A DNA stretch of 63,882 nt, counting the filler, from Reticulomyxa filosa (lineage: Eukaryota; Protista; Foraminifera), in NCBI GenBank assembly GCA_000512085.1. It is 18 parts of 18 records of this genome, joined end to end, with 100 filler letters (N's around TTAATTAATTAA, not from the genome) between each part and the next. Parts side by side here need not be neighbours in the genome. Positions count along the whole stretch, not along the records: positions 13,115 to 14,344 come from ASPP01033231.1; positions 14,445 to 22,314 come from ASPP01009284.1; positions 22,415 to 24,079 come from ASPP01028897.1; positions 24,180 to 28,115 come from ASPP01005232.1; 14 more parts are not named here. The stretch is one strand, 5' to 3'. The position numbers and the translations under genes are program-made. This document shows positions 13,330 to 26,901 of this stretch, one piece after another. Within the stretch, counting starts at the first letter, position 1, and each line of letters begins with the position of its first letter. A model generated the notes under the pieces. The model was not told where the DNA came from, ran no database searches, and was given only the letters and a program-made list of their open reading frames with translations.

Positions 13330-14000
13330 TGTGATTTGAAACAATGTGAGTTTATTGAACCACAATTTAAAACGTAAATGATATTGTTGAATAGTTTGTT
13401 GTAATGCATCAAATGATTTAATAATCAAATCAAAATGTATTTTTATATTTGATGTCAAATGATCATGAATCGCAGATTTAAATATTTCTGATTGCATCCA
13501 AATGACCCAAAACAACAGTTCACCATTTGTAAACAACAAGAATGTTTCACCTGTTTCAATTTTCTTTTGAAATCACAACTAACAATTTCAGGTATTTCTT
13601 TTTTTTCATGTCCTTGTTGTGTTGACATTTGTTGTTTTCTTGCTCTTGTTGAAATTGTCGTGGACATATCACATCCAATTTATTAATGTATCGTTTTGCC
13701 AATTGACTTTGAGAAAACGAACAGTTATCGTGAGACTCGACTGGACAAGAATTTGGATTTTGACCAAGGAATTGATTCAAGCAATTCTCCAACGATCAAT
13801 AATTCATCCATGTTTTTGTGTTGATTACAATTAATTATCATTGGGTTGTCGACGACTTGTTTGCAAATCAAACAAATAAAGTCGTGAATGGACTCCTGCT
13901 TGCTCGATTGTAAAATCCACTTTTTGTCAAAGCAAGCACGTTGTTCAGTAATTGATTTTAAGTCCAGTTTCGCATTGTCTTTACTTTTCTCTACTTCCAT
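13330..14000 (-). pseudogene. RING-like/TRAF-type zinc finger pseudogene
   Basis: FICLICKQVVDNP..NCNQH, NCLNQFL..SCPVESH, VICPRQF, CDFKRKLKQV..CC..GCNQ and IHDHL are spread over four ORF pieces, implying at least 3 frameshifts. Confidence 0.8.
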
Positions 14001-14444
14001 CTTACTCAGCTTCTTTCTTTTGGTTTTTGGTTTCTAATTAGATGATGTAGAGAAATTAATTTTGGAGAATATTTTTTTTGGAGCTTCTTTGAACTGGTGA
14101 AGTTTTGTTGTACAGACTCTATTTTTTTTTTGTACAAAAATTACATCATTTGAACAGATGAGATATACAAAAAACAAAGAATATTTGACTATGTACGATA
14201 AAATATATCATTCCCTTTTCAGAATCTACAGCGAATCGAAAATTCTCTTCAAAAAACTTTTATGCAAAGATAATGCGATGTTTTCCGAAATAAAAAAATA
14301 AAAATCTTCTTTTGAATCAAACAGTTTTTTTGAAAAATTGAAAANNNNNNNNNNNNNNNNNNNNNNNNNNNNNNNNNNNNNNNNNNNNTTAATTAATTAA
14401 NNNNNNNNNNNNNNNNNNNNNNNNNNNNNNNNNNNNNNNNNNNN

Positions 14445-15217
14445 AGCAGGAGCAGGAGCAGCCACTCGCGCCAACACAAGAACCAGAACCAGCACCAGCA
14501 CTAGCTGCAGTGATCGAAGTGGAAGAAAAAAAAGACGAAGAAAGTGAGATGGAAAAAGTGCGAGAGTTGGAATCAAAAAAAAACTTGGAAGACCAAAAGC
14601 AGAGAAACCGACTCCAAAATCAGCTCATTCGAGAGAAAGAGCAGCAAGAGCAACTACTTGATAACAATGGCAAGCTCCCATTGCACGTAAAAAGCGAATA
14701 CATTTGGGAAAAGTTTGAAGTGACTGTCAGTAAAAACCAATGTTCTGCCAAATACTTGAACTATCTAAAACAACTGAAGCAAAACGATCGATTAAGAAAA
14801 GAGACGCTTACACAAAAGAATCAAGCTGGAAAACAACATATTCAACCTTTGTTTCGTTTTATTTGTTTTTCCTCGCAATCATTTTGTAAAGAACTATTCA
14901 TATGTGTGTGTGTGTGTATATATAATGTGATTGAATTAGTATGGACAATCATATTCAAAGACGACAAAAACACAGAAAATTATGGCAGTTTTGTTGTAAT
15001 TTGCTTGTTTTCACTTACCCTTTTTAACATTGTCAGTGATTATTCCAATATCATACAAAAAAAAGAGGTCAAAAGAAAGCTGGCGTACAAATGCGCAACA
15101 GTATTGGATGGGATATACTACCAAGGGTGACCATAGTCACGACCGCGTGGACAATTATCGCCAAGCCCTTTTGGACAAAAGACGACAACACGCTTTGCTT
15201 TGGACCAGTTTATTTGT

Positions 15218-15249
<32 letters not shown>

Positions 15250-16487
15250 ACTGTATTGTATATTCCACTTGTACGACGTGCATGCAACAGAAAAATGATG
15301 CAGCGAAGTGCTGAACGAAAGCGAATCAATCAAGAAAGAGAAAACCAACAGGGAAATGAACATGAACATGAACATGAACATGAATATGATTATGAAAAAG
15401 AATATGAAAATGAGGTAATGAGACTAAAAGAAGAAAAGATTGACACCGAGACAGAGAACAGCCAGAAGCCTGAATCGTCTGAACCTGAACTTGTGCCTGT
15501 GTCTCAAGACAAAAATGACGGCAGCAATAACATCGAGAATGATGAAAAGATCAAAGAAATAGAAATACCGGAGCAATCCGAATTAGAGATAAAAGAAGCA
15601 GAAACGGAAATAGGAACAGAAACGGAAATAGGAACAGAAACAGAAACAGAAACAGAAAATGGGAAAGAAAAAAATAAAAAAGTAAGTGTGGAGAAAGAAA
15701 TGATGTCGAAAGTAACCAAACACGCACTCGAAAATTTTGCAAAGGAAAAAAAAATGCATGATTTAACACAAACGCTTATCCAAATGAATAACCACCAGCA
15801 CCTCCAGTTGCGACCGCAAACTCATGTCCCTGCGTCTTCTGCGCCTCCGCCTGGAAGTGCCGCGCATGTTCCTTCTGCTCCTGGACAAACTACACATCAA
15901 ACCACTACTCAAAACGTCTCAACAACAACAACAACAACAACAACTACAGCACATACCAAGACAAATTCTCATACCAATACACACACAAATACAAATACAA
16001 ATGCAAAGACAAATACAAAGACAAATGCAAAGACAGATACAAAGACAGATGCAAAGACAAATGCAAAGACAAATACTAATACAACCGCACATGCAAATGC
16101 ACGTGCAACTACAAATGCAAATAAAACTACACCTGCGAGAGCAGCACAAGCAAACAAAAACGCGCCTGCGAGCAAATCCACTCCTCCAAATAAAACAACA
16201 CCAGCAAACAAAACAACGCCATCTGCTTCAAATAAAACAACGCCCACAAAGAAAACAACACCATCTCCTCCAAATAAAACTACGTCTGCAAACACAAGTG
16301 CATCACGACAACATAATGCCGACAAAAATGAGAAAACGGATACTCTATCTCATCCAAAGCATGCAGCAACGCATGCAGTTTCCAAAGCCAATAGTAATAC
16401 AACTTCGACTTCTTCGAATGCTGCAAAGACGACAACAGCGCCGACATTGAAGAAAGAAAACTCAGCAAAGAAGGTTCAAACGACGCC

Positions 16488-16518
<31 letters not shown>

Positions 16519-17019
16519 CAGAAGGATGCAAAGCTGTCAGCGATCAAAGAAAAAGAAGAGTCCTCAAATGCGTATGATTTTCAATCTGTGTTTGCGAGTC
16601 GAGCCCAAACGAATAAAAAACCGAAACGCAATGGATCCAAGCACGTGTCCGCCGCCTCGGAGGATATCAAAACGGAGGAAAAACGAGTGGAGACACGTGT
16701 CGAAAAGGTCAAGAGACAACGCGAGCAATCCAAGCAATTGTATCAATTGTACAAGCAACAGTACCAAGAGAAGATAGAAACAGAACATCGGCCTATTCAG
16801 CCAAAGCAAATTCGCAAACCATCAAAGGCAAACGATACGCAAGCGCCCCCTAAGCCTCCACCGAAAAAAGAATTTAGTGCTGGTTGTATGTATGCGATGA
16901 AAGCCATTGGCCGTAGTATCACTGATGGCTCACGCTTTACCGGTTTGTTGTTGTTGTTGTTGTAAGTTTATTTTCCATACCTTATTTGTGCTCGATTTGC
17001 AAGAAATACAAACATATAC

Positions 17020-17054
<35 letters not shown>

Positions 17055-17944
17055 ACCATATGCATATATATGTATTCACAGGAGCCGCGCTATTCGAAGG
17101 CCAAACGACAGAAGTCGCCATTGAATTGGACATAACAAGCAATCGTAACGAATTAGGCGAATTCACTGGAAATAGGACGCCCTTTGACAACTCTCTGGGC
17201 AGCAGCGAAGGAAAAGGACGGCTGTGGTGTGATATGGTGTGGAACGAAGAGAAAAAAGAGTATGAAGAGGCTGTCTGCTTCCGATGGGTTGATGAACAAC
17301 AAGGAGTGATGACCGTATTGGAGTTCAACAGTGCCTGTGACAATTTAGATGTTAAACATTCGTTTTATGAAGGCATTATTATGAGATTCCCTGCTTTTGC
17401 TGATCCAAATGATTCGGATTTAGAAAATGTCACACAACATGGAACTTTCGATTTTCTCTGCTCTTCCAAAAGTTTGTTAACTATATCAATCAAATTATAT
17501 ATGTACATATATATATATATATATATACATATATGTATACTACATATGTGTGAGTAATGTTTATATTATGGTGTCATAGGAAGCAATCACAGACAAAGCT
17601 TAGACCTTGGATCATCTAGTCATGATTGGTTGTATGCCGACGAAAAAAGTGGAGATGACGAAAATCAAGAAGAACCCAGATTCATTCAGAGAATGTTTGA
17701 TTATTCTGAAAAAATTGAAGAATCGAGAGCAAAAGAAAAACGCGACTCTTTACGATTACCAGAAGGTGATGACTGGGCTTCTCATTTGTTTGGAAAACAA
17801 TACAGTGTCCATGGTACCAAAAACAGCAAATCTGTGCAATCTTCGGCCTCTGACATTGATTTAGAGGCCCTTGGTGAAACATTATCCCGAAGAACTTCTT
17901 CATTACGGAGCCGGGGTAAGTCTGCGCCACCCTCTTCTTCTTAA
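14445..17944 (+). CDS. Large hypothetical protein with coiled coils, E/H and T/N/P low-complexity tracts and a globular C-terminal region; multi-exon, 5' truncated
   Basis: Successive ORFs 14510-, 15091-16965, 16907-17557 and 17630-17944 are separated by GT-AG introns with (TG)n, (GTT)n and (TA)n. Contains KTNA repeats, NKTTP repeats and polyQ. Confidence 0.7.
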
Positions 17945-18815
17945 GTTGTTTTTTTTTGTCGAATCATAAGAATTATAATTCAAAGGGAATGGGTAGATCA
18001 ATAGACGAGGTTTTTTCTTGTTTTTTATTTTTGTTATATTTTTTTGTGATTTGCATTTTCAGAGAAAGGTTTTTTTTATATTTTTGCGATCGAAACAATG
18101 CAATGAATGTTGCACAATTTTCTGAGTACCACTTTTGTGCAATTTTTTCTTTTTTTTCTAGAGGGAAGAAATGAGGGTGTGATTTTCTTTTGTTGTTTGT
18201 CGATTGAAATCAAAGTGGTATTACCTAACTATTTAGTCATAAAATCATATATTATTTATTTTTAACTTGCATTTTCATTGCTTGTTTTACTTTTCTTTTT
18301 TGAATAAATTCACAAAAACTTTTGAAGATGTACAGTAATTACTATCACATTCACATAACCATGATTCATATTTGACTACGTAAAGAGGCACAAGCAATTG
18401 TTGATAAGACTCTTGCATAGCAAATCTACCTGTCTGTGGCATTCTGTTTGGTTACAATTGTGTGTACTTCAAATCCTAAATTTTCACTTTCGTGTGTTGT
18501 TTTCTTACTTTTTAAAAAGGTTGGGTAGGTTTTCAAGCAATAAGAACATTGATTGAGTGATTTCTAACCCAACATTAAATCAAGTTTCTTCAACAACATT
18601 ACTTTTTATGCTTACATTCAATCCCCTCAGCATCACAATTATCAAAATGTGCTGGAAAAAGCTACAAATGAATTGAATATGGATGATGACTTGATTGATT
18701 TGACAGTGTTACTTGGAGTAAAATGAAAGACCCAAAAAAAAAGACAAATACACATAAAAATATTTCGAAATTTTAAAAGAAAAGAAAAGGAACGGAAACG
18801 AAAACGCAAACATAT

Positions 18816-20750
18816 TTACTCGTGTTTATTTGATGAAGTTTGATGACGTTCGATCAGCATGGAAATAGTTTTAGGACGAAAGAGGAAGACATGTTTTAAA
18901 AACCATATAAAAAAGAGTTTAACAACTTGAAAATTGCAGTGAAGAGCTTTCGAAAATTTTTCAAATGAAACTTGTGTTTCTTTGGTTACAGGAAACATTG
19001 TATCAAGTATATGTTCAATATCCAATCCTTTTGCCTTTTCAATTTTATACTTTTCGTTGTAGTCATTTGTATTCTTTCTTTTTTGGTTGTCCATTTCGTC
19101 AATTTTCTCTGGTTCTGTGTTTGATAAAGAAAGATCATAAAAATTTTAACTTTTTTGGGTTGTGACTTCTTTTATTTAAAAAAAACAAACAAAACTTGTA
19201 AAAGTAGTTTGAAGAGCTTGAAGCAAGCCATGGACCAATTTCTTTTGTATCATTTGATCATCGTTCAAATCACACAAATGAAAGAGTAAAGAAATACTGT
19301 GCATTTTGTTTTTATCCGATAACACTGCTCCAATCAACACAATAAACTTTGGAATGTCTATTATATATTTTAAGTATGTTTGTGTTTCAAAAAAACAAGT
19401 AAAAGAGGATTAAGATTAAATTTAGTATGTTTGGCATGTACATAAAAAAAAAAAAAAAAGAGACAAAACTCCAAAATTGGGAAGAGTCGAAATCAACAAA
19501 AGAGAACAATGCCTTAGCCATGTGATGGAGAGATGAATCGGACTGAGGAGTCAAAGATAAGATTTGTGAATATTCAAACAGTGAAATAGTTCCATCATTG
19601 TCTTTATCCAATCTAGCAAATTCCTGGCACACAGCCAACACACAAGATTGGTGCAAGCCTGTTTCCGCGTATACTTTACTACAAACAATTGTGTCCAATC
19701 TGTACATTGGATTCTCGTTCCCCCAAGCTGTTTTTTTTTTTTACGTATAAGATTACAAAAACATAAATTTCAATAATAATAATAATAATAATAATAAAAA
19801 ATTAAAAAAAAGACCAGCGAGAAAATGATCAGCAACGGTATGAGGAGCGGTGATACATTGCCTGTAATTAGCGACATAAGTCTTGACTTGCTGACAGTAC
19901 CATAATGGGTCATCTTTTTCTTTTTGCGAAGGCTTGTATAGTGGCAATATTTCCACGTCAGCGTAATTGACAAACTGACAGCAAGCACGATAAAGCACCC
20001 CTGCCATCGATAGCTCCACATAATCTACCGGATTGTTTTTGTTTCGCTTATAACTTAACGTAATCGCCTGCACCGGTGCACCTGCTAAGAATGCGCCTGG
20101 CATCCATTCTGTCATCATTCTATTTCCATCCTCCGTCCACCAATCAAAAAAAAAATAAATAAATAAAAAATAAATTAAAAAAATGCAATTTATTCATTTT
20201 AAAAATATTTTAAAATATTCATACAAATTTTGCACGTGAAGATTATTCCTCCGTTGCTGTTTATAACGTGCATATAATATATGTACAGTTTAATGTACAT
20301 ATTTTTGATAATTTTGCTTATCGTACTAAACTTTTTTTTTTTTTTTTTTTTCTTCCTCCGAGTGGCACGAGAATATTAACTGATTGTTGCATGTTGTGCC
20401 TTGTGGAAAGATCAAAATGGAAGGGGTTTTCACATCGTGAATTCGCTTGATGAGCTGTGTCTTGAGTGTGGATTGTTGATTGGCAGATCCGCGATACACT
20501 GGAATGGCCATGATTTGTTTCATTGCGCGTCCCAAGATGGGGAGCTCCATAAGATCGGATCGCAACACTGGCGAGGACTGACACATGCACAACAATACAA
20601 AGCCGTCCCACACACTTACGTGGTTGCTTACTATCACGCGTGCTTTGTCAAGTTCAGAGCCTGGGTGCGCTTTTATGTTCAGATGATAAAATCCACCAAC
20701 AAACAGTCCAAACCGACTACAACCATACGCCATATTCATTAGCCATCCCC

Positions 20751-20782
<32 letters not shown>

Positions 20783-21155
20783 ATCCCTCAAATGCTACTA
20801 AGTTTGATTCTTTGCACGGCTATCAATTTGTTCACAGAGATATATTGCAGCCTAACCTGACACCTTTTTTAGGTACGGATCCGTCACTCGTGTACCCAAG
20901 GTATGCGAAGCTAAACAAGATCACACTGACAAAAATCCCAAAAAATACTAAAAAAAAACGAAGTGGGGCTATTAAGGTCACTGTCATCAATACAATTTTC
21001 AAGTACTCGGTACAAGAAGTCACTTGGCCTCGACGAAACGGCAAAGGCCCTACATAAGGTGTCAATGGAGGTAAATGTTCAAATGGCTCTTCGTCCGCAC
21101 CTACGAGGTCATCGTCATGATGTTTCTTTGTTTTGCTAGTATTTGACAATTGCAT
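18816..21155 (-). CDS. Lysophospholipid acyltransferase (LPCAT1/2-like) with C-terminal EF-hands, multi-exon
   Basis: N-terminal TM segment, acyltransferase motifs SNHVSVWD and IFPQGTT, GAFLAGAPVQ, and EF-hand loops DKDNDGTISLFE and DFDSSQF. Confidence 0.88.
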
Positions 21156-22015
21156 TACTATGATTGTGCTGATTCCAATCTTTTTTTACTGTTTCAAAGT
21201 CAAACAAAAACTATAATATAAGCGGTGTAGTTTTAACAATTTTAGAATCTGATTGAAATTTCTTGATTATTAATTTATATATTCAGTATACTGACACATA
21301 AATATATGAATTAAAAAAAGCAATTGAAATGATAATAATTCAATGCCTGATTATAACAAGCAATGCACATGAATTAATGAATCACACTTTGACAGTGACA
21401 AATTTTTGTAATGTTTGTCAAAGGGATTTATTTTTGGCACAGCAGTATCTTTAGTAATATACATATAACTCTGTTATGCAACGAAGAATAAACAGGACCA
21501 AAACAATGAATTCAACATACAATCAACTTAAAAAATTTTCTTTTTCAAAAATAGTTAGTTGTCTAGCTTAATTATTTTTAAAGGATTGTAATTACTCTGA
21601 TTTGATTAAAGTTTGAACCATCGTGTTGAAAATGATTTACTAAAGCACATTGTTTTCATTGATTTGTGCTTCCATTGCTTGGGGAAGCTGGATTTAAGGA
21701 TATTGTGTTAGAAGACAACAAAACACGTGATCTGAGCGATTTCACAATGCTTTTGGACTTTAAGATGAGTTTTTCCATTTGTATTTAAACAACTAATTTT
21801 GTGGTTAAATAACAAAAAAGTTTTCATGTGAAACTCCTTCCAATGAACAAATCCGTTGTTAAGGATATACTAGTATGCATTTGATAGATACAAGAAAGGA
21901 CTGAAAAGATTTAGAAATTTCTTTACATGCAACAAATAGTTCTCATCAACACAGCGATTTAAAAATCGAGGAAAAACAAACAAATGCAACAAGAACAGCA
22001 ACAAAAAGAAAAAGA

Positions 22016-22264
22016 TTATTTCTTCTCTTTGTCATTTGAAGCTTTGACGTTGCTCTGTATGATCCTTGTTAACTCATTAAATATTCTCTTACTATGATGA
22101 ATACGTTTTAAGATCCATCCACTTTGACTACTCTCATCTCCGCCAAGCAATGAAATATCACCCATATCTTTAAATCCTTGACAACAGCAGCCAATTGTCG
22201 CATATAAACATGACTGTCGTCGTTGCACGTCATCAACGTTTTCAAAAGCCATCGAATCCGTCAC
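22016..22264 (-). CDS. Terminal exon of an unknown gene
   Basis: Open frame after an A-rich AG acceptor, ending in TAA. The upstream part is lost at the linker. Confidence 0.35.
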   Translation of the reverse strand: MTDSMAFENVDDVQRRQSCLYATIGCCCQGFKDMGDISLLGGDESSQSGWILKRIHHSKRIFNELTRIIQSNVKASNDKEKK

Positions 22265-22414
22265 CTTTTTTTTTTTTTCGATCGAACGTATACACCTTTC
22301 GTTCCCTTTTTTTTNNNNNNNNNNNNNNNNNNNNNNNNNNNNNNNNNNNNNNNNNNNNTTAATTAATTAANNNNNNNNNNNNNNNNNNNNNNNNNNNNNN
22401 NNNNNNNNNNNNNN

Positions 22415-23080
22415 ATGACTGCATCTTTGCGATTTAGCTGAATTAAATGTTAATTTGAACGAGTTTCAAACAAACTTAGTCCCTTTCTCTCGTTTACATT
22501 TTATGACTACTAGAATGAGCCCAATTATTCCGAAAGTAGATATATCAACCGCTCCAAACGATATCCAAAAATAACAGACGACTGGTTTAAGCCAGCGAAC
22601 TGGTTTGTGAAATATACCGAATTTGATCCCGCTGAAGATAAATACATGGCCATTTCATTAAATTATCGTATTGACATAAAATCAAAAGAAGCAAACGTAC
22701 AACAGTACAATGGTTGAAATTAAATAACAAAATTGCTTTAGTAGAATGTTGTCCAACATGATTTAAAATGGATTAAATGAAGTACCAGCAGTAACATTAG
22801 AAGCTGACGATATTGGTGCATTTAGTAAAAATGCTGTAATGATAGCCAACAATACGGGCATTTCTCGTGTGTTTAGCAAGCGCATTGCCCAAAAATACGA
22901 TATTATGTACTCCCAACGAGCTTTTGTTCATTGGTACGTATGAGAATAAATGGAAGGAGAATTTGCTGAAGCTCGTGAAGACTTAGTGTTCTTAGAAAAA
23001 GATTACTTGATGTGTTGATTGAACAACCAACAAACGATGTGGTAGGTGACAATGCTGGCGACGACTCATGTGACAATTAA
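22415..23080 (+). pseudogene. Alpha-tubulin pseudogene (C-terminal half)
   Basis: [60 protein letters not shown], with multiple in-frame stops and frameshifts. Confidence 0.93.
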
Positions 23081-23704
23081 AACTTTTTTGATTTTGAGTG
23101 AAGTGTGTAAGTGTAAATGAATTGTACTAATATTTTTTTTTTAAAGCCATGGTAGCTAAATGAAGTTGCTCATGGATTTATTTTAAATTTAGTAGTCTAT
23201 TTGAATCACAAAGTTTTAATGAAATTTTTCTCAACATTCTCAAAAGTAACTAGTTTTAGTTTCTTGAAATAATCTTAAGATATTTTTAAAATCGTTATGC
23301 GTTGACTTTTTGTAAAATACTGTCGAATTAATATTTATACGTTGTCCTTTCCAAAAACAAACAAAAAAACTTCAAAAGTATAAATAAAATTATACGTTCA
23401 ATTATTTTGTTTGATGCATAAGCTCTCTAAAAAATGTAATAATGAAAAAAGCAATTGCGAAACAAAGTGTTACATGATCGCATAAACAACTAAATACTCT
23501 TGGAGCTTGGATAACTGTGGATTTTTTTAGTTTTCTTTTAATTAAAAATATTGAATAACTTAAAAATGTTATGTACAAACTGGGCTGGTTTACTGTTTGA
23601 TTCTGTGGAAATCACACTCATTGGCAAAAATTGCGCCAGTAGTGTTTTTTTTAAGTGAAAATATCTTTTTCTTACAAGTGCTTTGAAGAGCCGAGGTTAT
23701 AAAT

Positions 23705-24079
23705 ATGAGTTCCAAAGCATTCATAGATGAATTGGCAGGTGAAAAATTGACACCAGAACAAAAGAACAAAAAGATACTCGTGAAACTTGTAAAGCACTTG
23801 GAAAACAAGGAAATTGGGAATGCAATCGATGTTCTGAAAGCGACCAGAGAGGAATTTGATATAAACTATCAATTCAATGGTAATACATTGCTGCATTATG
23901 TATGCAACAGCAAGGAGCCAACAATTTATTTATTTTTGCCAATAATTTTAAGCACTGCCTTTAAAGAGGCGATCAATTTACAATCGTTGGATACAATGAA
24001 AAGAACACCACTAATGTGCGCTCAAGATATTCAAAACGAATTTGTAATAAAAGAATTGCAAAATTTTGCTAAACTTCAA
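23705..24079 (+). CDS. Ankyrin-repeat protein, 5' part
   Basis: DINYQFNGNTLLHYVC and RTPLMCA are ankyrin-like motifs. Truncated by a linker. Confidence 0.6.
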
Positions 24080-25929
24080 NNNNNNNNNNNNNNNNNNNNN
24101 NNNNNNNNNNNNNNNNNNNNNNNTTAATTAATTAANNNNNNNNNNNNNNNNNNNNNNNNNNNNNNNNNNNNNNNNNNNNAAAGAAAAGTTGACTTGCAAG
24201 TGCCGGTTTTGTCGTTGCAACTGCGAAATTTGGTTAGGTACCATTTGAACGCGATTTTGCGCAGTCACTTGAAGATATTCATTCAAGCGGAATTGAGGCA
24301 CCATTACCACACAACCAGAAAATGGTATGACGTTGCGTTGTCAATCGCTTGTCTCGATTTTAGTATTGAGAACACTGCGATTCTCTGTCTTTTGTGGCTC
24401 GTTGTCACGTACTTAGTCATTCCAAACATCTTGCGCGTGCAGTGCCACCATATTTTCATTGTAACGACTTTTTTGTTGAGATTTCCTCTTCTTTTGACAT
24501 TCATTTTTGTTGGTGTGATATTCTTCTCGAAATGTTTTTAATAACACTAGCTAAAAACTTCGAAAAGTTCTGTTCGAAACAACGTCAAAAACCGTCAATA
24601 TGCTCTAAAACGTCTACTTTTTATTTGACAATTATTGTATTAAGTTTGCAGTTGCCGACAAATTCCTTATTCCTTATTCTTTATTACGCACTGGACAACA
24701 GTTTTTTAATTTTGCTTATTTGGGTCTATTTTTTGTACTCCAGTAACTCATTGCGTTGTAAACTGTATGCCATTCATTTCCCTGGTTACAAAGACGCTTT
24801 TGTGAGTGACACACAAACACTATTCTATTTTTTAAAGTCTATTTTTTACCATTTGCTCAAATAGAACCAACACAAAAAAGTTTTCCGACAAAAACATCCA
24901 AAAAAATTTGGATGTTATTGAAGTTTAAAACGTTTTTAAAAATGGGACACTAAAAATGTTTTAGTGATATAACAAGCGTTATTTCATTTTATACTTATAA
25001 GCCATCCTTTTGCAATTGTCTTTTTGGCCCATTTGATACTCAACATTCACCAATTTTTGAAGTTTTGCCCAGTTTTATAAAATTCATAAGGAAAGACCTT
25101 TTTTGTTTTTGTCGTGAAAGGTAAGGAAAAATTACATGACTTTTTTGAAAATCACAACATAATTCCATTCATTTTCCTCTTCATTGAAGGATACACTATT
25201 TGAATGCCAGCACTTCCGCTCGAGTTTACTTTGTTTGGGAGGGGCGGGGTTCTTTGTTGAAACTTTGATCCTAAGATAGTTACAACCAATCTTAAAAAAT
25301 TTGCTCAATATTTTGCCATTTCAAATAACCAATTAACTTTTAAAATTTTTGACTATATAACAAAAACTTGAAAAAAACTAAACAATTGCCTAGGGGGAAA
25401 AAACGGGTTAATATGTGGAACATTTTTCGCAACTAATTGATAGGAATCAGTATTATATGTGAAATCTGTTGCTGCATAACGGATGAGAAGATTGGTCACG
25501 GCATTAAACAAAGGTATATCGATTAGAAGGCGCTTATTTAGGCAACAAAAAAAAATTAAAAAAAAACAACGCTCCAGTTTTTCATGCTTTTCAAAAAAAC
25601 AAAAAGCCATTGACAGTGAAAAAAAATTGCATGCTGCACATCCTTTACGTTGTTAGAAACACACCATAACGATCCATAGCATCGTTTAAATTTAGCTATT
25701 TAAAAAAGGTGTCACGCTATTTCTTCGTCTTGTCACTCTCTTATCCTCTTGGTTTTTATCTAAGCAATTTATCTATTGGCTAGTTTCGAATTATTGAAGT
25801 GAGAGCTATTATTAGTATTGCTTTCCAAGGCCTCTAGGTGAAAGCCCCAAGAGTTATTCGTATCCTAAACATAAAAACGTATAATTTTTTTTTAAAAGTA
25901 TATTTTTGGTGGTCGTTGCGGAAGTATGT

Positions 25930-26345
25930 CTAAACGTTTTGCGAGGTCGTGCTTTCTTTGTCTTGCTCCTGGTGAAAAATCTCAGCGTTCTCTCTATCTA
26001 TTTCCCACGGGACGGTAAAGAGCTCAGGTTCTAAATTCTTCGAGATTTCGTCCAATTCATACGCTTTTGTTTTTTTTTACGTTTCACATGGCCCCACTTT
26101 GGAAATATATCACACTTGTAGACACAGAGGGGTATCATCACTCTTTTTTTTTTGTTAAAAAAAACAAAAGGTTACACGGCAAGGACTTTGCAAACACAAA
26201 TGTAACTTAGATTTGAAATTATGTTTGGTGTCGACACAGCTTCTGCAAAGGACATTGTTCGACCACTTGTGGTAACTCGTTGGATTCTTGGTCCAAGAGG
26301 GTCCAAGATATTACCTACAAACACAATTTTGCACGACATTGTCGT
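25930..26345 (-). CDS. Possible small multi-exon hypothetical gene
   Basis: GC-richer blocks bounded by GT/AG translate as ..YHKWSNNVLCRSCVDTKH.., VMIPLCVYKCDIFPKWGHVK and AYELDEISKNLEPELF..QNV*. No family recognised. Confidence 0.3.
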
Positions 26346-26901
26346 CAAAAAACTAAATATGTTTTCTTCCCGTGAAGGGGCAAAAAAAAGACTGTTTAAC
26401 TTTTTTTTTCACTCGTTACACAAAAAGGAAAATTTGAAAACAACTTGGGTTAGAAATGAAATATTTGTGAACTAAAAATGAAATATTTGTGAACCAGAAA
26501 TGAATGCAAGAAATTAAATGCTGTCCAATTGCAATTAAACTACACAAGGAGGTTGATTTTTTTTGTTGCACCAATTATATTTGAATATAGTGCGAGAACT
26601 GAAACCAAAAACTTGTATGTGCATTTACAAAATTTAGGTTTGAATGCAAATTTAACAAGGAAAAAGCATTGTGCCCTAATAAACACCTTTTTCTCAAATT
26701 AAATTGCTTCTTTTATTCTTCAATTATACAACAAAACCCCCATGAAAAGCGCTATATATTTTTTTTTTTACTTTTTTATTTTTTTTTTTTTGCAATATCT
26801 ACCAACACAAATATTACTTGAAGCAAATCCAACAAAAGTCACAACGTTAATCCGCACAAAGATTTGCACAAGACAAATGCATCAAACAAGCAGGGCTGTG
26901 C

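Noticed and set aside
15919-16450. Cys-rich (CICL)n, (VFAF)n and Q-rich ORFs on alternative frames
   Set aside because: These are shadow frames of the KTNA repeat in the main plus-strand gene.
26454-26503. 22-bp tandem duplication AAATGAAATATTTGTGAAC..
   Set aside because: Only about two copies with no spacers, so a simple slippage duplication.
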